A DNA stretch of 64,000 bases from Coniocarpon cinnabarinum (taxonomy: Eukaryota), in NCBI GenBank assembly GCA_051942205.1, contig JAVECO010000001.1, positions 248,001 to 312,000 of the forward strand. The letters run 5' to 3'. The notes below the pieces were generated by a model. It saw nothing but the letters and a program-made list of their open reading frames with translations. It had not been told where the DNA came from and did no database searches. Of this stretch, positions 49,495 to 62,997 are shown in pieces. How positions within the stretch are numbered: position 1 is the first letter of the stretch; each line of letters starts with the position of its first letter. The position numbers were made by a program, and so were the translations under genes.

Positions 49495-50279
49495 CTAATT
49501 TGGTAGTGGACTCGAGCCATGAGCAAAAGCCCATTCCACTGCTTTCTCGGCATGGATCTTGCAGGTATCAAACATGGGTATTGACAAGTCGCCCTCTGAG
49601 ATGAGCATGCCAATCTCGGTGCATCCCAGGATGACACCTTGTGCGCCCGTCTCGTGCTGCAGGCGTTTGATGATATCCTTGTATTGTTCCCGCGAGCTAC
49701 AGATATTAATCGTGCATTCCTCATCTGAGGACCTCGAGCACAGAGTTAGACTCACCTGGATTTGACAATGCCTTTGTTGAGTTCTTCAAAGATCACATGA
49801 TTAACCACTTGTTTGTCTTCTTCATTGGGGACAGCGACCTCAATCCCTTGCTTGTTCAGCACAACAGGATAATACGTGCTGTTCATCGTCGACCCCGTTC
49901 CCAGCAGGATCACCTTCTTTAGTCCCTGCTCCTGAATCTTCTCAGCGACCGCGTCCACAATGTGGATCAGGGGCACACCAGCCAGCTTTTGTATTTCGTC
50001 TGCCACCGCGTGAAATGTGTTACAGCACAGCATAACAGCTTGAGCGCCGGCGCCCACAACGCCTTGAGCAGCCTTGCCCCATGCTTGCGCCGCCTCCTGC
50101 CATTGACCCAAACGCTGGTATCGTTCGAAGTCGTGAAAGTCAACCGAGTGAATGATCAGAGGCGCCGAATGGTTGCCTCCAAGGCGGGTGCGGACCATGC
50201 GGTTAATGTGCTGATAATAGAGGACAGTGGACTCCCAGGACGAGCCGCCGAGCAACCCCAACGTCGCCATTGGAGCCAT
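49495..50279 (-). CDS. PLP-independent aspartate/glutamate racemase (RacX/YgeA-like), 2 exons (intron 49755-49697)
   Basis: LGLLGGSSWEST..YY..IN..VR.RLGG.HSA, CCNTFH, PLIHI, LLGT..TM, IFEEL..G, GVILGCTEIG.L, P.FDT..IHAE.AV. Confidence 0.92.
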
Positions 50280-50839
50280 GGCTATTCACTGCTTGAAGAG
50301 CAGGCACACGATCAACAAAACGAGAAGAGGTAGGGCAAAATGAGAGGTGATGACTTGAGATGCCGTCGAGACTTGTTGGACATCTTGCTTATATATCCGC
50401 TTGATGAGTCCCGATGAGTGTCAATGTCAGCCTCTCAACATGGCACCGAGCCAACGAGACAGTTACAAAGTGGACCCTGCGCAAGTCGGGAACCGCTCCA
50501 ATGCTGACATGTCATACGCCCTTCCACCGCCCGAAAACGGTTGATGGCATTTCAAAGCAAATAATGGGCTCGAATGTGTTATATCCGATTGCGACTAGAT
50601 TTCGGACACAAGGACATTGAGTGCAACCAGCTCTCGACCGTGACGCCAAGCCCCGGTGACGTCGACCTGTGCCCCTCGGCCCCACCAGTAGAACCGGGCA
50701 AGTCTAGGCGTAGGTAGTTGGGCAAACTGCCAACTTAGCGTGCTTTGGTTGCCTGTTCTTCTTTGACACGCCATCCTCCTGAGTCTGAGTTCAGCATTTG
50801 GAAGCCATCAATCAAGATCTTCCCGTTTTGCATCGCGAT

Positions 50840-51988
50840 ATGTCTTACGAACAGGGTTACGGTTCCGGAGGTGGGGGCTATGGTGGGGGTGGATATGGAC
50901 GAGAGCAAGAAGGCTATGGAGGTGGACGTGGTGGGGGATATGAAGGTCAAGGAGGTGGCTATGGCGGAGGCCAAGGTGGATATGGTGGTGGAGGGTATGG
51001 CGGTGGACGAGAAGAATATGGCGGTGGTCAGGGAGGTGGTTACGGCGGTGGCGGCGAGTACGGAGGACAACGGTACAGATCAACCCTTTGGCAAAATCAA
51101 GCCAGATGAAGCTAGAATTCGACTGACGTACCTACTATTACAGTCACCATGGCGGTGGTGGCGGCTATGGAGGCGACTCGCAAGGCTACGGCGGTGGGCA
51201 AGAATCTCGCTACCAGTCTGGCATGCCTTCCAACGCCGGGACATCGTATGGCGGTGGCAGCGGATACAGCGGCGGCTCGGACTACTCCGGTGCTATGCAC
51301 CATGCCAAGCAGCATTCAAACTCAAGTGAGGATGAGGGCATGTTCGGCCAAGCCATCAACATGCTTTCCGGGCGCCACCAGCAGTTGGCTAATGAGGACC
51401 TTGACGAGGGCGAGGCTGTGCAGCATCATCAGCAGATGGTGAGTCACGGCGTGCTATCTTCTCGTGAAAGCGAAAGATACTGATGCGATCTTTAGTACGG
51501 CAGCCATGGACCTCCACCTGGTGGTGCCACATCTCAGATGATGGGTGGTGGCGCAGCGATGCAGGCCATGAAGATGTTCACGTAGGTATTGGTATCCGTG
51601 CGGCAAGTCATTTGCTAACACGTTAGAAGCGGCGGTGGCGGCGGCGGACATGAAGGTGGTAAGGGAGAGTATGTTACGCACCTGGCATTGATGACACGGA
51701 GACACTGACCTGATGAAGTATGAACCAATTCGTGGGTATGGCCATGGGACAGTAAGCCGAACCAACCAACCATCGGACCCTCGATTTAGAGACTTGGTTA
51801 CTGACCGCCTATCCAGAGCGAGCAAGCTTTATGATGAGCAGAACTCTCACGGCCGGGTCAGCTCTGGATCAAACAAGCAGGACGCAATCTCATCCGCAGC
51901 TCAGATGGCTGCCAAAATGTACCTCAAGTCCGAGATGGGCGGCAGCGGCGGAGGTGGCCTCATGAGCATGGTGGGCAAATTAATGTAG
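50840..51988 (+). CDS. Gly/Tyr-rich low-complexity protein with conserved fungal C-terminal domain ('beta-flanking'-like), about 6 exons
   Basis: GGGYGGG repeats; A.HHA..HS...D..MF.QA..ML; MGGGAAMQAMKMF; FVGMAMGQASKLYD.Q; KQDAISSAAQMAAKMYLKS; GL.SM..K. Confidence 0.8.
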
Positions 51989-52142
51989 ACTTGGCCGTTG
52001 TGCACTTGTCCATACTCGCCACTGGTGGACAGACGGGCCTCGGTGGACTCTGCGAATCCCACATCATCCACTCAAGCGATAGACATCAATGCGTTGAAAC
52101 AAACATTGAATCAACGTTGACTTAAAAACCGTGTGTCTCACC

Positions 52143-53098
52143 TCATTGCGGCTTCCTCGCAATAGCTCTTAGCCGTACGTATCCAAGGTATTGGCACTCT
52201 CTCCCGTCTTCTACACGGGTTACGATTTCGCGGAGATCTTCGCAAACCATCTTGACGGCAACAGCCCTTGCTTGAGAGTCATCGAGAACGTCCAAAAAAG
52301 GCGCAGCCAAGAGCTTGATCCAGCCTTCTAGACCACCACTTCCATCCGCAGTTGTTGGGGTCAGCTGGGTTGGTCTATACTCGATCTCTACTTTCTCAAC
52401 TGAGAACCCAGTCTCTTCCAACATCGAGCGCATCAGCGCCTCTGATGGGAAGAACCAGGGGTCTGCTTGTTGTATCCTCACCAATGGGACATTGAAGGCA
52501 TGACGCAGCACTGACGTAAGAGTGGCATGGACCTCCGCTGCGTTTCCAAAGCCGCCCTGCTCAAAGACAAAGCTTCCACCGGGCTTCAATAGTCGCAGCA
52601 CATCGCGAAGGACTTGTGCACGTGTACCCGAGTCACGCAGAATCCAATGCATAGCCGCGTTAGAAAATACTTTGTCGTAAGTACCGCTCAGTAAAGCATG
52701 CCTATCTAAGGCCTGTGGATCGTCTAGTCGTCTGCAGTCATGCTCAAAGAATTTGGTATTTGCTCGTGACCCAGTGGCTTTCTCACTTGCTGTTTGAATG
52801 AACGACGTGGACGAATCTAAGCCAACAAGGGTCTGACACTGAGCAGCTATCCTAGCTGAGAGAGTACCATCGCCACAGCCGATGTCCAAGATTTTTTCAT
52901 GCGGTTCTGGTTCTAGGCATTGAAGCACTTTGGTAGTCAGCTGCGGCACGAAGGATGCCGCAGCATTGTATGCCTGTTACAGTGTTGAGCCTCAGCCAAA
53001 GGTCTTCGTCAGACACAGGCATGAACACGTGTCGCGTGAAGACTCACTTGAGCATTCCAATGGTCGAGATCCTGGTCAGGGAGCTCTGCTTTGGACAT
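52143..53098 (-). CDS. Class I SAM-dependent methyltransferase (Tam-like), 2 exons
   Basis: DHWNAQ|AYNAAASFVPQLT, ILDIGCGDG, GLDSS, YDKVFSNAAMHW, LKPGGSFVFE.GG.GN, PWFFPSE, LGYVRLRAIARK. Confidence 0.9.
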
Positions 53099-53401
53099 TT
53101 TGCATTTCGCTAAAGACTGCATGAACTTAAACCCAATTGATACCTATGGTGTCGTGGGTGTGGAAGGCATTGCTTTTAGGTCACGTGCAATATCTATGTG
53201 TCTGGTATACTTTTGATGGCACCGGCAATTCAAATAGCTCGGTATCCGTATAGGTAGTACGGCTTGCTGTTATACACCAACAGGCCGGCGTCACGCGTCT
53301 GCTTACACATGTCTCCACCGTGTCCTCTTTCGGAGCTACCATGAAGCCGGCACGCCGGCGAAAGATCGCTTTGCATTGCCCTTGCGAAATACTTCGGCAC
53401 G

Positions 53402-54854
53402 ATGTCGTCTTCTTGGAGGCAGCGTAGTCGCGATTTTACTCTTGACCTTCCATACCTTGCAGTGCCCTTCTCTTTTCTGGTAGTGTCATTTATTGCCTAT
53501 CCTTCCCAATACTTGTTCTCGAAGATCAAGCCCGGACCTTTGACTCTGAGACAGAGCATTCTGTTCAATTTGGGCACGTCGGCAGTTTTCATAAGCTACA
53601 TTCGACTTGTCATTACAAACCCGGGGAGAGTCGTAGTCTCCTCTAATGGCACAGCCGCGGCTCCTGGACACGGGCACGAATCGTCTAGTACATCTTCACC
53701 GACACAGCGCTGGTGCAAGAAGTGCGATGCATATAAGCCACCACGAGCACATCACTGCAGAACATGCCAAAGGTATAAAGACTTCGCGTCTCCCTACAAT
53801 ACTTCTCGGTCCTCTAATCTAGAATAGGTGCACGCTAAAGATGGATCATCACTGTCCATTCACTATCAATTGCGTGGGCCATCGAACCATACCACATTTT
53901 GTCCGTTTTCTTGCGTGGGGTGTTATCAGCATGTTGTATCTTAATAAATTCTTCTGGGAGCGTGCGTCGATTCTTTGGGAGAATCGCAATCGCGCATACG
54001 TAAGTCATCGGGAATGGTCTGGCAAATCATACTTGACGCTCGTATCTCAGTATCTGGGACCTACCAATGGTCAACTCGTCCTCTTCTTGCTGGTTGTGCT
54101 CGCTAACAACATCACACTCCTGTCTATTGGATTTATATTGCTCCGAACGCTGTACTGCTTGGCTATAAACATGACATCGGTGGAGAGTTGGGAGATTGAT
54201 AGGCACGAGCTACTGGTGAGGAGAGCAAAGAAGCGTGGAGGAGTATTGAATGGGCCTGGGGGCACGCAGATTCAGATGAGACATCACGAGTATCCATATG
54301 ACGTAGGCATGTTCAAAAACATCGCGCAAGCCATGGGGTCCAACAACGTGAGTTGCATCATATCAGTTGCAGGACGTGGACTGACTCAAGCAAAGCTACT
54401 GACATGGCCCTGGCCGTTCGCATCGTCACCCTCACACGAGAGTGGCATGAGCTTCGAAGAGAACGGCTTCCTTGATACTGGACTGTCTTGGCCTCCACCA
54501 GACCCAGACAAAATGCCAGCACAGCACACGCTGGACGGCAAGGATGGATTCACGTACGCCAATGCCCTACTAAAAGATGATGACTACATTGAATCTTTCA
54601 AGCGAAGGCAGGACGAGGATGTTCGCAGGAGGCATTTCACGCCGGCATTGAAGGGGCCCGCAGCCAATTGTGGAGGACTACCTGCCGAAGAAGAGGAAGA
54701 GGAAGAGAGGGCGCCGGCGCCAGGCTTGGTTAAGACGTGGGTTAACGCACTAGGAGAGTCACTGGAGTTTCTGGGAGTCGACGATGACGAGGAGGAAGAG
54801 GTACCGCTGTCACAGCTCCTGGCTCGGAGGAAGGCAGCGCAGACTCAGACTTGA
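53402..54854 (+). CDS. PFA4: DHHC palmitoyltransferase Pfa4, multi-exon
   Basis: RWCKKCDAYKPPRAHHCRTC.RC..KMDHHCPFT.NCVGH, N.T.VESWEIDRH, EYPYDVG, WPPPDPDKMP, W.N..GE.L...GVD. Confidence 0.9.
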
Positions 54855-55594
54855 GTCGCGCGTGTAAATGGAAACTGCATTAGTGCTCGACAGTGTATTG
54901 TATTGAAAAGTAAAAGGGTCATTTAAGCGTTACGGAGAAGGTATCACGTGACAGTCTTTGCAGCTAAATTCTCACTCACACAATTTGGCAGTGCCACGAT
55001 GAGAGCCAACCAAAACATTTAGTATCAACGTATCTTATAGTAAGGTGCGCGTGCGGCACAGACCGTGGCGGAGATGAACGATCGACAGGCGTAATAGAAT
55101 GCGGGTTAGCGCAGGTCGCAGGCGGGACTCTTGGCTAACAAGCGGGCGGCGCTACTCCGAGGTCCCTATCTTCCGTTGCCGCCCTTGCCGATCAAGCGAT
55201 CAAGCGTGTTGCGGCCTGAATCACCAGGCTCTCCACCCAGCCTGGCCGCAGCAGAGCACCAAGGCACGTGCAGAAACACAGAGCCCAGACCGAAGAGGCC
55301 CGCGTTCTGCGACAGCCGGCCAATTCCACTCGTACGTGGTTACTAATGTTCCAGCGACCCCAGCCAAAATCCTCTCGCGGCGTCGAATCCTCAGCGTTGT
55401 CGTGGATGCGGTCCCTCTTTGCCTTCTCGCGCTCCGATCTCCTCCTCAACAAAGCCATGGCTGCTCTCAAAGCTTGACTTGTTCCACGCAACGCCCTAAT
55501 GTGGCTCCACTGACGCCTCGAAGCTAGCGCCCACCCGTCTGGCTTAACCTCTCTCCTCTCTCCTCCGCGAGCCCTGTGTGTCGGATAACTCGGC

Positions 55595-58500
55595 ATGCCT
55601 GCCGCGGCTGCAGACAATGGCCGTTCAGCTTCACCTTTCAGACCGCAAGCTCTCAAGCTCGCCGACGATGGCGCTCCTTCGAAAGACTCGAACTCAGCGG
55701 CGTTGGCCCACCTCACTCTAAATCAAGATGGAACGAGGACGCCTCGTTCCAATCGCAGCTCCCTCATGCTGGACTTCTCCGCCAGCTCGGCCGCTCAGAC
55801 GGCTTTCACGGCCCTGCAATACATGCCCGTCCCGGTCGTCGTTCTTGGACCGTTGAAAACCGTGGTACTTGCCAATGAGGCCATGACGAGGCTGCTCTGC
55901 ATGACCAGCACCCATGGCCAAGACGAGGAGGATTGTTCATGCGCCGAGGGCGTATCCAAACTCCGTGGTCAGACACTCTCACAAATTGGCGTCGATCTCC
56001 TGCAAAACGAAGTGCCGGTGTGGGTGGATTGGGAGAAGTACATTGATACAATAGGCGAGGAGTCCGATCGAAAACCGACGCACTCTGGCGACACCACGCC
56101 TACACTCAAGTCAGACTCCGAGACACTGTTCAACAGTACTTCAAAGCCAGATCGAACAACCGTGCACGATGTGGCAGTGGATGTCGTTGTGTCGACAGAA
56201 CGCTGCACGTATCCAAATCGAAAGAGCAGCAAGTCTCACCATGCTACAGTCGCTCCGAGTCTGAACTGCAGCATGATTATCTCCACATGGTGGGCTGATG
56301 GCGCAAAGCATTACACCCTCACCTTCTTCAGCACATCGCCTCCGCCGGCAGGCCATACCGCAAAACCCATCACTCGCTCTATGCCCAAAGTGAACAAGAA
56401 CTTTGATTCCCCCGGTTCTGTTTCAAGCAATTCCTCAAACTCTGGTGGCAGACGCTCACAGTCCTCGGTCTCTAACAACTCTTCTGCTTTGTCTTCTCCA
56501 GCCGCTTACGTCCCCAACTTTCCTCCTTTTGGCCCTATATCACATAATAGTCGCACCTCGTCTGCTTCAGTCCTGCAAAAAGCCACACGCTTACGAGGTG
56601 CGCTCTTAAATACCATTACGCTTCCAGTGTATGCTTTGTGGCGCGATCATTCCGTTGGCATCCCTAATCGCGCTTTGATGAAGCTTTGCACGCATGACAC
56701 GGGCGTCTACGCTGGAGGGGATTTCCTCTCTCGCTTTATTGTGTGGGATGAGCACTTCACAAGGCAATTAGAATACGATGAGTTCCCTATTGTAGAACTC
56801 ATCCAGACTCAAAAAGCAAGTTCAGGGAAACGCATAGGCTTAAAGGATCCTTCGACCGGCGAACCGCACGTTTACGATTGCAATTGTGAGACAGTTCTTG
56901 ACGAAACCACTGGAGAATTTCTGGGTGGCATCGTAATATTAAAAGACGTGACGCTTTATGTTGATAGCATTGAGGCCCAAAAGAATGTCAACCAGGCACA
57001 ATTTGAGTATGTCTGTAATCACATTCCTCCGATGGTGTGGACTACCAAACCCGACGGTCGCCCGGATTGGTTTTCCGAACGATGGTATCAGTACACGGGA
57101 CTTACTCCTGAGGAGTCGCTGGGCGCGAAATGGACGACTCCTTTTCATGCGGATGACATGGTCGAAACCTCAAAACGTTGGGCCCATTCGCTAGCAACCG
57201 GGGAAGAGTACATGACTGAGTATCGATGCAGACGGCGAGACGGAGAATGGAGGTGGTTCATCGGCAATGCAAGGTAATATCTTATCAACCGCCAAAATTG
57301 ACCATAGACAGATGTTCTGACAATGAGACTACAGACCCATGTACAACGAGCACGGCGCGCTTGTGCGATGGTTCGGAACTTGCACTGATATTCACGAAGG
57401 AATCCAGATGCGTGAAGCCGGCAAACGAATGCGCGAGCAACTTCAACGTGTCATGGAGGCCGCAAACTTGACCTTATGTGCTGTGGATGTTCAAGGCGTG
57501 GTGCAAATGATGAAAGGCAGTGCTTCCTGGCGCAACGAAGACGAGCCCAAGGACTTCGCAGACATTGTTGGGCAGAACATATTCCATGGAAGAAACCCCG
57601 ATATGACGATCGAACACCATAGGCATTACGCCAGACCACTGTCTCGAATCCTCAATGGGCAATCGGACGACGAAACGTGTGAATTCCAGCAGCCAAATGG
57701 AAAATGGTTTAAACATCGGTACAAGCCCCTGTTCAGAGCAGTCCGAAAAGCCGGAGTCGAGGGGGAGACAGTGCTTGATGGCGCAATCATCGTCAGCAGC
57801 GATGTCACGACTGCGCGAGAACGTGAATTGGAGCTCAAGGAGCAAGAGAAAGAGAACGCGAAGCTCGTGGCAAATGCGCTTGCAGCTAAAGAAGCAAGCC
57901 GACTCAAAAGCAGCTTTCTTGCAAACATGTCGCACGAAATTCGAACTCCCATTGCAGGCGTGATCGGCATGGCTGAACTACTCCGCGACATGAATCTCGA
58001 TGCCGAGCAAGCTGAGTGCGCCGAAAACATACACAGATCTGCGGGTGGCCTGCTCACCGTCATCAACGACATCCTGGATTTTTCAAAAGTCGAGAGTGGC
58101 CGTCTGGATATTGAGGAAGTGCAATTCAGTTTGTCCATTGTCATTCGAGACGTCAACAAGATGATGTCTTTCGCTGCATACAGGAACAACCTAGGCTATC
58201 AAACGGAGATTGAGCCGCTCATCGGAGACGACTTACGTATTATGGGCGATCCGGGCAGACTTCGTCAAGTCTTGACAAACATTCTTACCAATTCAATCAA
58301 ATTCACAAGCGAGGGGCATGTCTCGCTGTCGGTAAAGGTGAGAAAAGAAGAGGAAGACACGGTCGAAATAGAGTTCTCTGTGGAGGACACAGGCATCGGA
58401 ATCGAAGAGGAGATCAGGAAAAAGCTCTTCACGCCGTTCTCGCAGGCGGACACCTCGACGGCGCGACGGTTTGGAGGCACTGGTCTTGGCCTCACCATCA

Positions 58501-59840
58501 GCAAGAACTTGGTTGAGCTCATGCACGGCTCTATTGGCCTCGACTCCAAACTGGGCGTGGGAACCAAATGCGTCTTCTGCATTCCATTCAAGAAAACTGA
58601 ATACATGACTAATGGCTCGCCAATGGTTGAACTTGGTGCGATACCAGACAGATTGCAGTCGGACATCAGCGTCTCGATCAGCTCCGACGACCGCAATGGA
58701 TCCAGTTCCCCTATTGCAGGGGCAGGGGATCCCCGGAGAGTTGATGGCTTCCGAACGATGGCAGCACCACCTACACCACATCTCATTCAGGGCAGTCGCA
58801 GCAGCGGAGCCAAGTCCGATGAAGAGACATTGACTGAGGCTGAAAGGGCGGCGACGCATATTCTGGTTGTTGAGGACAACGCTGTTAACCAAATGATTGC
58901 GTTGAAAACGATCCGCAAACTCAACTTCGCAGTGGACGCGTGTTGGAACGGGCAAGAGGCCGTGGATTGGGTGGCTGCGGAGAACGATGAAGCTCGTCCC
59001 AAGCCAGACATCATACTTATGGATGTACAAATGCCCATACTGGACGGCTACAAGGCAACACAGAAGATTCGCCGGCAGCCCGATGCGCCACAACAGACTA
59101 GGGTACCTATTGTGGCTATGACTGCAAGCGCCATTCAAGGTGACAGGGAGAAATGCATGAAGGCGGGTATGGATGACTACCTCGCCAAGCCTGTCAAAGG
59201 CAAGCTTCTTGAGAAGATGCTTGTCAAATGGGCGATTGAATCACGCAAACGGCGAGACGCAGTGCCAGTCTATGACTCCAGCAATGTCACCAACCACGCT
59301 GTGCCAAATCATGCCATCCCCTTGCGCCATAGCGAAACAAGGCCGCCGCTCATTCATCATGGTGCGAGCAGCGGTGACATCTCGTCCTCTCTTTCCTCAC
59401 ACGATGGCCCAAGCGCGATGTTTAAGCATGCCACTCTTTCACGCACCGCCGAGACTGAGGATGCTACACGTCAACGGCGCGCGAAACTCGAAGAACACGC
59501 CCAATACTTGCGAAACGATAAGCTGCTGAGCGCGACGCAAGATCCCCGCTTGGTTCGTCAACACAGCGACGAAGCACAGCAGCACGCCGCGAGCATGCAG
59601 CCAAGCCATGCTCTGACTACAGCCAACATCGAGAGCTATAATGAAAGTATGGGACACGAAAACGAAGCACTTCAGCATGGTGGGGTATACGACCCTATGC
59701 GAGCGCTATTGGAAGAGAAGGTCACGAAGAAGGGCAGCGACTTTGGTTCGCGGACAGCGGATGACGTGCAGACGCAACGGCCGCCGTTGGCACAGAGTAG
59801 GAACAAATACATCAGCCAGGATACCATTACGAAGAAATGA
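55595..59840 (+). CDS. Hybrid two-component histidine kinase (PAS/PAC-HisKA-HATPase-REC), intron 57274-57334
   Basis: PAS (PPMVWTT.PDG..DWFS.RWY.YTG; EYRCRRRDGEWRW; WFGTCTDIHE), H-box FLANMSHEIRTP, N/G boxes (NSIKFT, DTGIGI, GGTGLGL), receiver LVVEDN..ILMDVQMP..DDYLAKP. Confidence 0.95.
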
Positions 59841-61450
59841 CGGACACTTGAAAGGGAGGGAAAATGGATATCATGTTGGCATAGATTGCGCCGGGCAAAG
59901 GGGATCAAGCATGGCGCTTGGAGGCTTTTGCATCTGGAACGATTGCATGGAGGTGGATGGCAGGTATCCAGGTACTGGATGCCATTCTACAAGGTCGTAC
60001 CCCTAATGAAAGCGTTTATCGGTTGGTCTAAGCTATCAGTATCCTTGCCGGGCTTGATGCCGGACGAGAAAGGCTGCAAGAAGGCTCACTAAAACATGGT
60101 TGAATTGACCGACCTCTTGAGGTGCAACTTGCTATTTAAGCGATACCACATTACGGTGCAGCAAGAATCAATTCAGATTGAAAAAGCACGTGACAGGCTC
60201 AACACTTCGGTGCACGTGCACGAGGCGTCCCGTAGGACCGCATGTAATTTTTTGTAAATAAGCAACTGCGATATGACGCCTGTGAAAAAAAGTCTCTATA
60301 GGCTCTTATGTTTAGCATCACAAGATCTCAAGCTGTGAAGCCATGGTCACAAAGGCGAAAGCTGCTCACGCTCTTTCAGCCACTGGAGTGTTGCAGCAAG
60401 TCTCTGACTCACTACCTCATCTGTCCCTCACAGACTACGTAGATATTGCACTCGCCGCCGCGCGCGCCGCCATTTGGCAGGAAGAACAGCTAAGCTGGAG
60501 CTTGCTAGATGTGTCTTTGTCGATCAGGTCGATGCGTTGGGGGCAGACGCGAGCTTGGGTGCTACGCCTCCTGCATACAGCGCCATGAGGGTTATGGACA
60601 CGGGAATATGTCTTGTTTGAAAATCTGAAACTGACACTTAGGGGCACAAATGATTCATAAAACGTGTTGAACAGGTCACTAACTTTGCTACGCCTCTAAG
60701 CATAACCCTGATGATTTGCAACCCTCAGGTTCATGAGTAAACCTGGTCATTGCACATGAGTCTTGTGTTCACTCTCTATTTCTCTTAGTTCTTGTCATCA
60801 CTTCCTCATATACGTAAAAGTTCGTGCCTCGACATTGCAAGTTGCTGCAATTAAAATGGCTCCTGTGTCTCACTAACGGCCCTCGGGCGGGGGCAAGAGT
60901 ATGGATAGTGACAATCAAATGGGAGGCGCAGTCCTCGTCTACACCAAACGCCACCTATCCACAAAAGTAGCAGCCCAGGGGACGAAATACAGACCTATGG
61001 CACCGGAGAAGGGCGTTCTAATACCTATTACGCTTGCAAAATGGCCTCCACGTGTAATCATGCTCGGTCAGTAGGAAGTTGGTAGGTTTGCACTGATTAC
61101 GTCTCCGCTCTCTCAACCGCCTCAGCAGAACCAAGAATACGTCCTCTACGTGTCCTTATACCTTGCCTGTTTTCCAAAGACTAGCCACACAATAGGGCCG
61201 CTTTTCTACCCTTCTTTACCCTTCCTAACCATGTGTCTTTACTCATGTGCCATTGTTTTTTGACAACTGATCGCTGTGCGATTCGGGGGAGATTTTGCCT
61301 TGCTTTGCAGGAATACAAGCTCTCCTAGAGCACCACAATGAGCTCGACAGCTGCACATGCAGATATACCAGAAATGCTCGACCATGGTATGTGGGCTATG
61401 TGGTGTTACCAGTGACATCAACAATGTTGCAAGGCTGACGAAAGTTACCT

Positions 61451-62266
61451 ATGAAAGAAGCACCGCCTGCATATTCCGAAGCTTGCAGCTCCTCAGCTGC
61501 TCATACTTACCATGCAGCGGCCATACCACCCAGCACCGAGAGCATTCACAAGAACCTCCAGACCAGCAAATCAGACGATCCCTTCGCCGTTCTCAGCGCC
61601 TTTGACACGGTCCTTCTCGTCGACGATTCATCCCGCATGAGTGGCCCACTGTGGAAGAAAACTGCCAAGGCTATTGAGGCTATCGCGCCTATTTGTGTGC
61701 ATCATGCTCAGGACGGCATAGGTCTGTGCTTTTTGAACGCTTGCGAGCATAACGACATGCACGTCAATAGCGTAGCTCATATCAAAGAGGTGCTTGAGGA
61801 CATCCAACCCCACGGCCGCACACCGACTGATCGACGGCTGGGCCGGCTTCTGAAACAGTATCTCGATAGACTGAAGGCAGCACGTAGCGCCCCGGAGAGT
61901 GTCAAGCCGCTGAACATCATCGTCATCACCGCTGGTCGGCCGAGTGACGAGAAAGAACTCGAGTGGGAGCTGGAGAAGGCCGCAAAACGCCTTGACAACA
62001 TGCGAATATTCGACGGCGAGCCTGCGCCCGCACATCAAGTGGGTGTGCAATTCTTTCAAATCGGGAATGCTTCGGGAGCGAAGCGCCATCTGAAATATTT
62101 GGACGACGAGTTGCATCGCCGGACTGGCTGTCGTGATATCGTTGATACGGTCCCGTCGCGATGGTTCAGGCGATATAATCGAGCGCTGATCTTGAAAACG
62201 GTCTTGGGTGGCGTTGTGAAAGAGTATGATGCACAGACGGTGGGGATGTCGGGGTCTGTGTCGTGA
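61451..62266 (+). CDS. Fungal von Willebrand factor A domain protein (possible short upstream exon, ATG 61384 + intron)
   Basis: PPAYS, DPFAVL..FDTVLLVDDS..M....W, P.G.TP...RL, KPLNIIVIT.G.P.D, QVGVQFFQIG, LDD.L, RDIVDT.P, LKTVLG.V. Confidence 0.85.
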   Translation: MKEAPPAYSEACSSSAAHTYHAAAIPPSTESIHKNLQTSKSDDPFAVLSAFDTVLLVDDSSRMSGPLWKKTAKAIEAIAPICVHHAQDGIGLCFLNACEHNDMHVNSVAHIKEVLEDIQPHGRTPTDRRLGRLLKQYLDRLKAARSAPESVKPLNIIVITAGRPSDEKELEWELEKAAKRLDNMRIFDGEPAPAHQVGVQFFQIGNASGAKRHLKYLDDELHRRTGCRDIVDTVPSRWFRRYNRALILKTVLGGVVKEYDAQTVGMSGSVS

Positions 62267-62997
62267 GGGGTTTGATGTCGCGGTTGGTGGATTTGCCCTT
62301 TAGTTAGTGAGGTGCCGTTGCTGCTAGTATGCTTTGTCTACTTGGCTGAACAGCGAGGATGCACGCCTTGTCAAGTCTTCGACCGGCGTCCTTTGCAAGA
62401 TTTTATTCATGCCGTGGTAGAATTTGTCTTACTTATCAAACGACTCTCCTGCATGTGTCCCATCAAAGGCATCGCGTAGTAGTATGCCTAGTTTCGCAGA
62501 TATTCACGCAGTTATTGGTACTCTTAAAACAGCGCCCAGATTTTCGAAAAATTCTCAACCTCCAAGAAAACAGCATGGATGCTGCGCTGAAGCATCGCGC
62601 TTGGATGCAAATTCTCAAGCTTACTACGTTGCTCCCTGATATTATCGACATCCCTTCCGTCCCCCAGTTGTCCTCTGAATCGCTTTGGAAAGGCTGCACG
62701 CGGCACTCGATGGAAACTTAAGAAAGTTGAAACCTCGAATGGTATGTTCATCGTGAATTTGACAGCTTGACATGTATTTCTGAGACGTCGCTTGTGGCTG
62801 AAGCTGATGTAAACTTGCCAAAACGCTATGCTAATGCGGTCATTTACGCCATTTTTCAAACCAGTATACTGGAAAGCGTAAGATCGAGAGGGGATGTGGC
62901 TAATAGTATAAGGACGGGATTGGCTGGTCCTTCTTCTTCCCGAGCGTTGAGAATGCTGGACTGCACAAATTCTGCCTAGATTTCCAGTAGCGGGACA

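Noticed and set aside
57474..59138. Long antisense ORFs over the histidine kinase (also over the P450, MSH1, OPA3 and MesA genes)
   Set aside because: Shadow ORFs expected from codon bias opposite real genes; no recognisable motifs.
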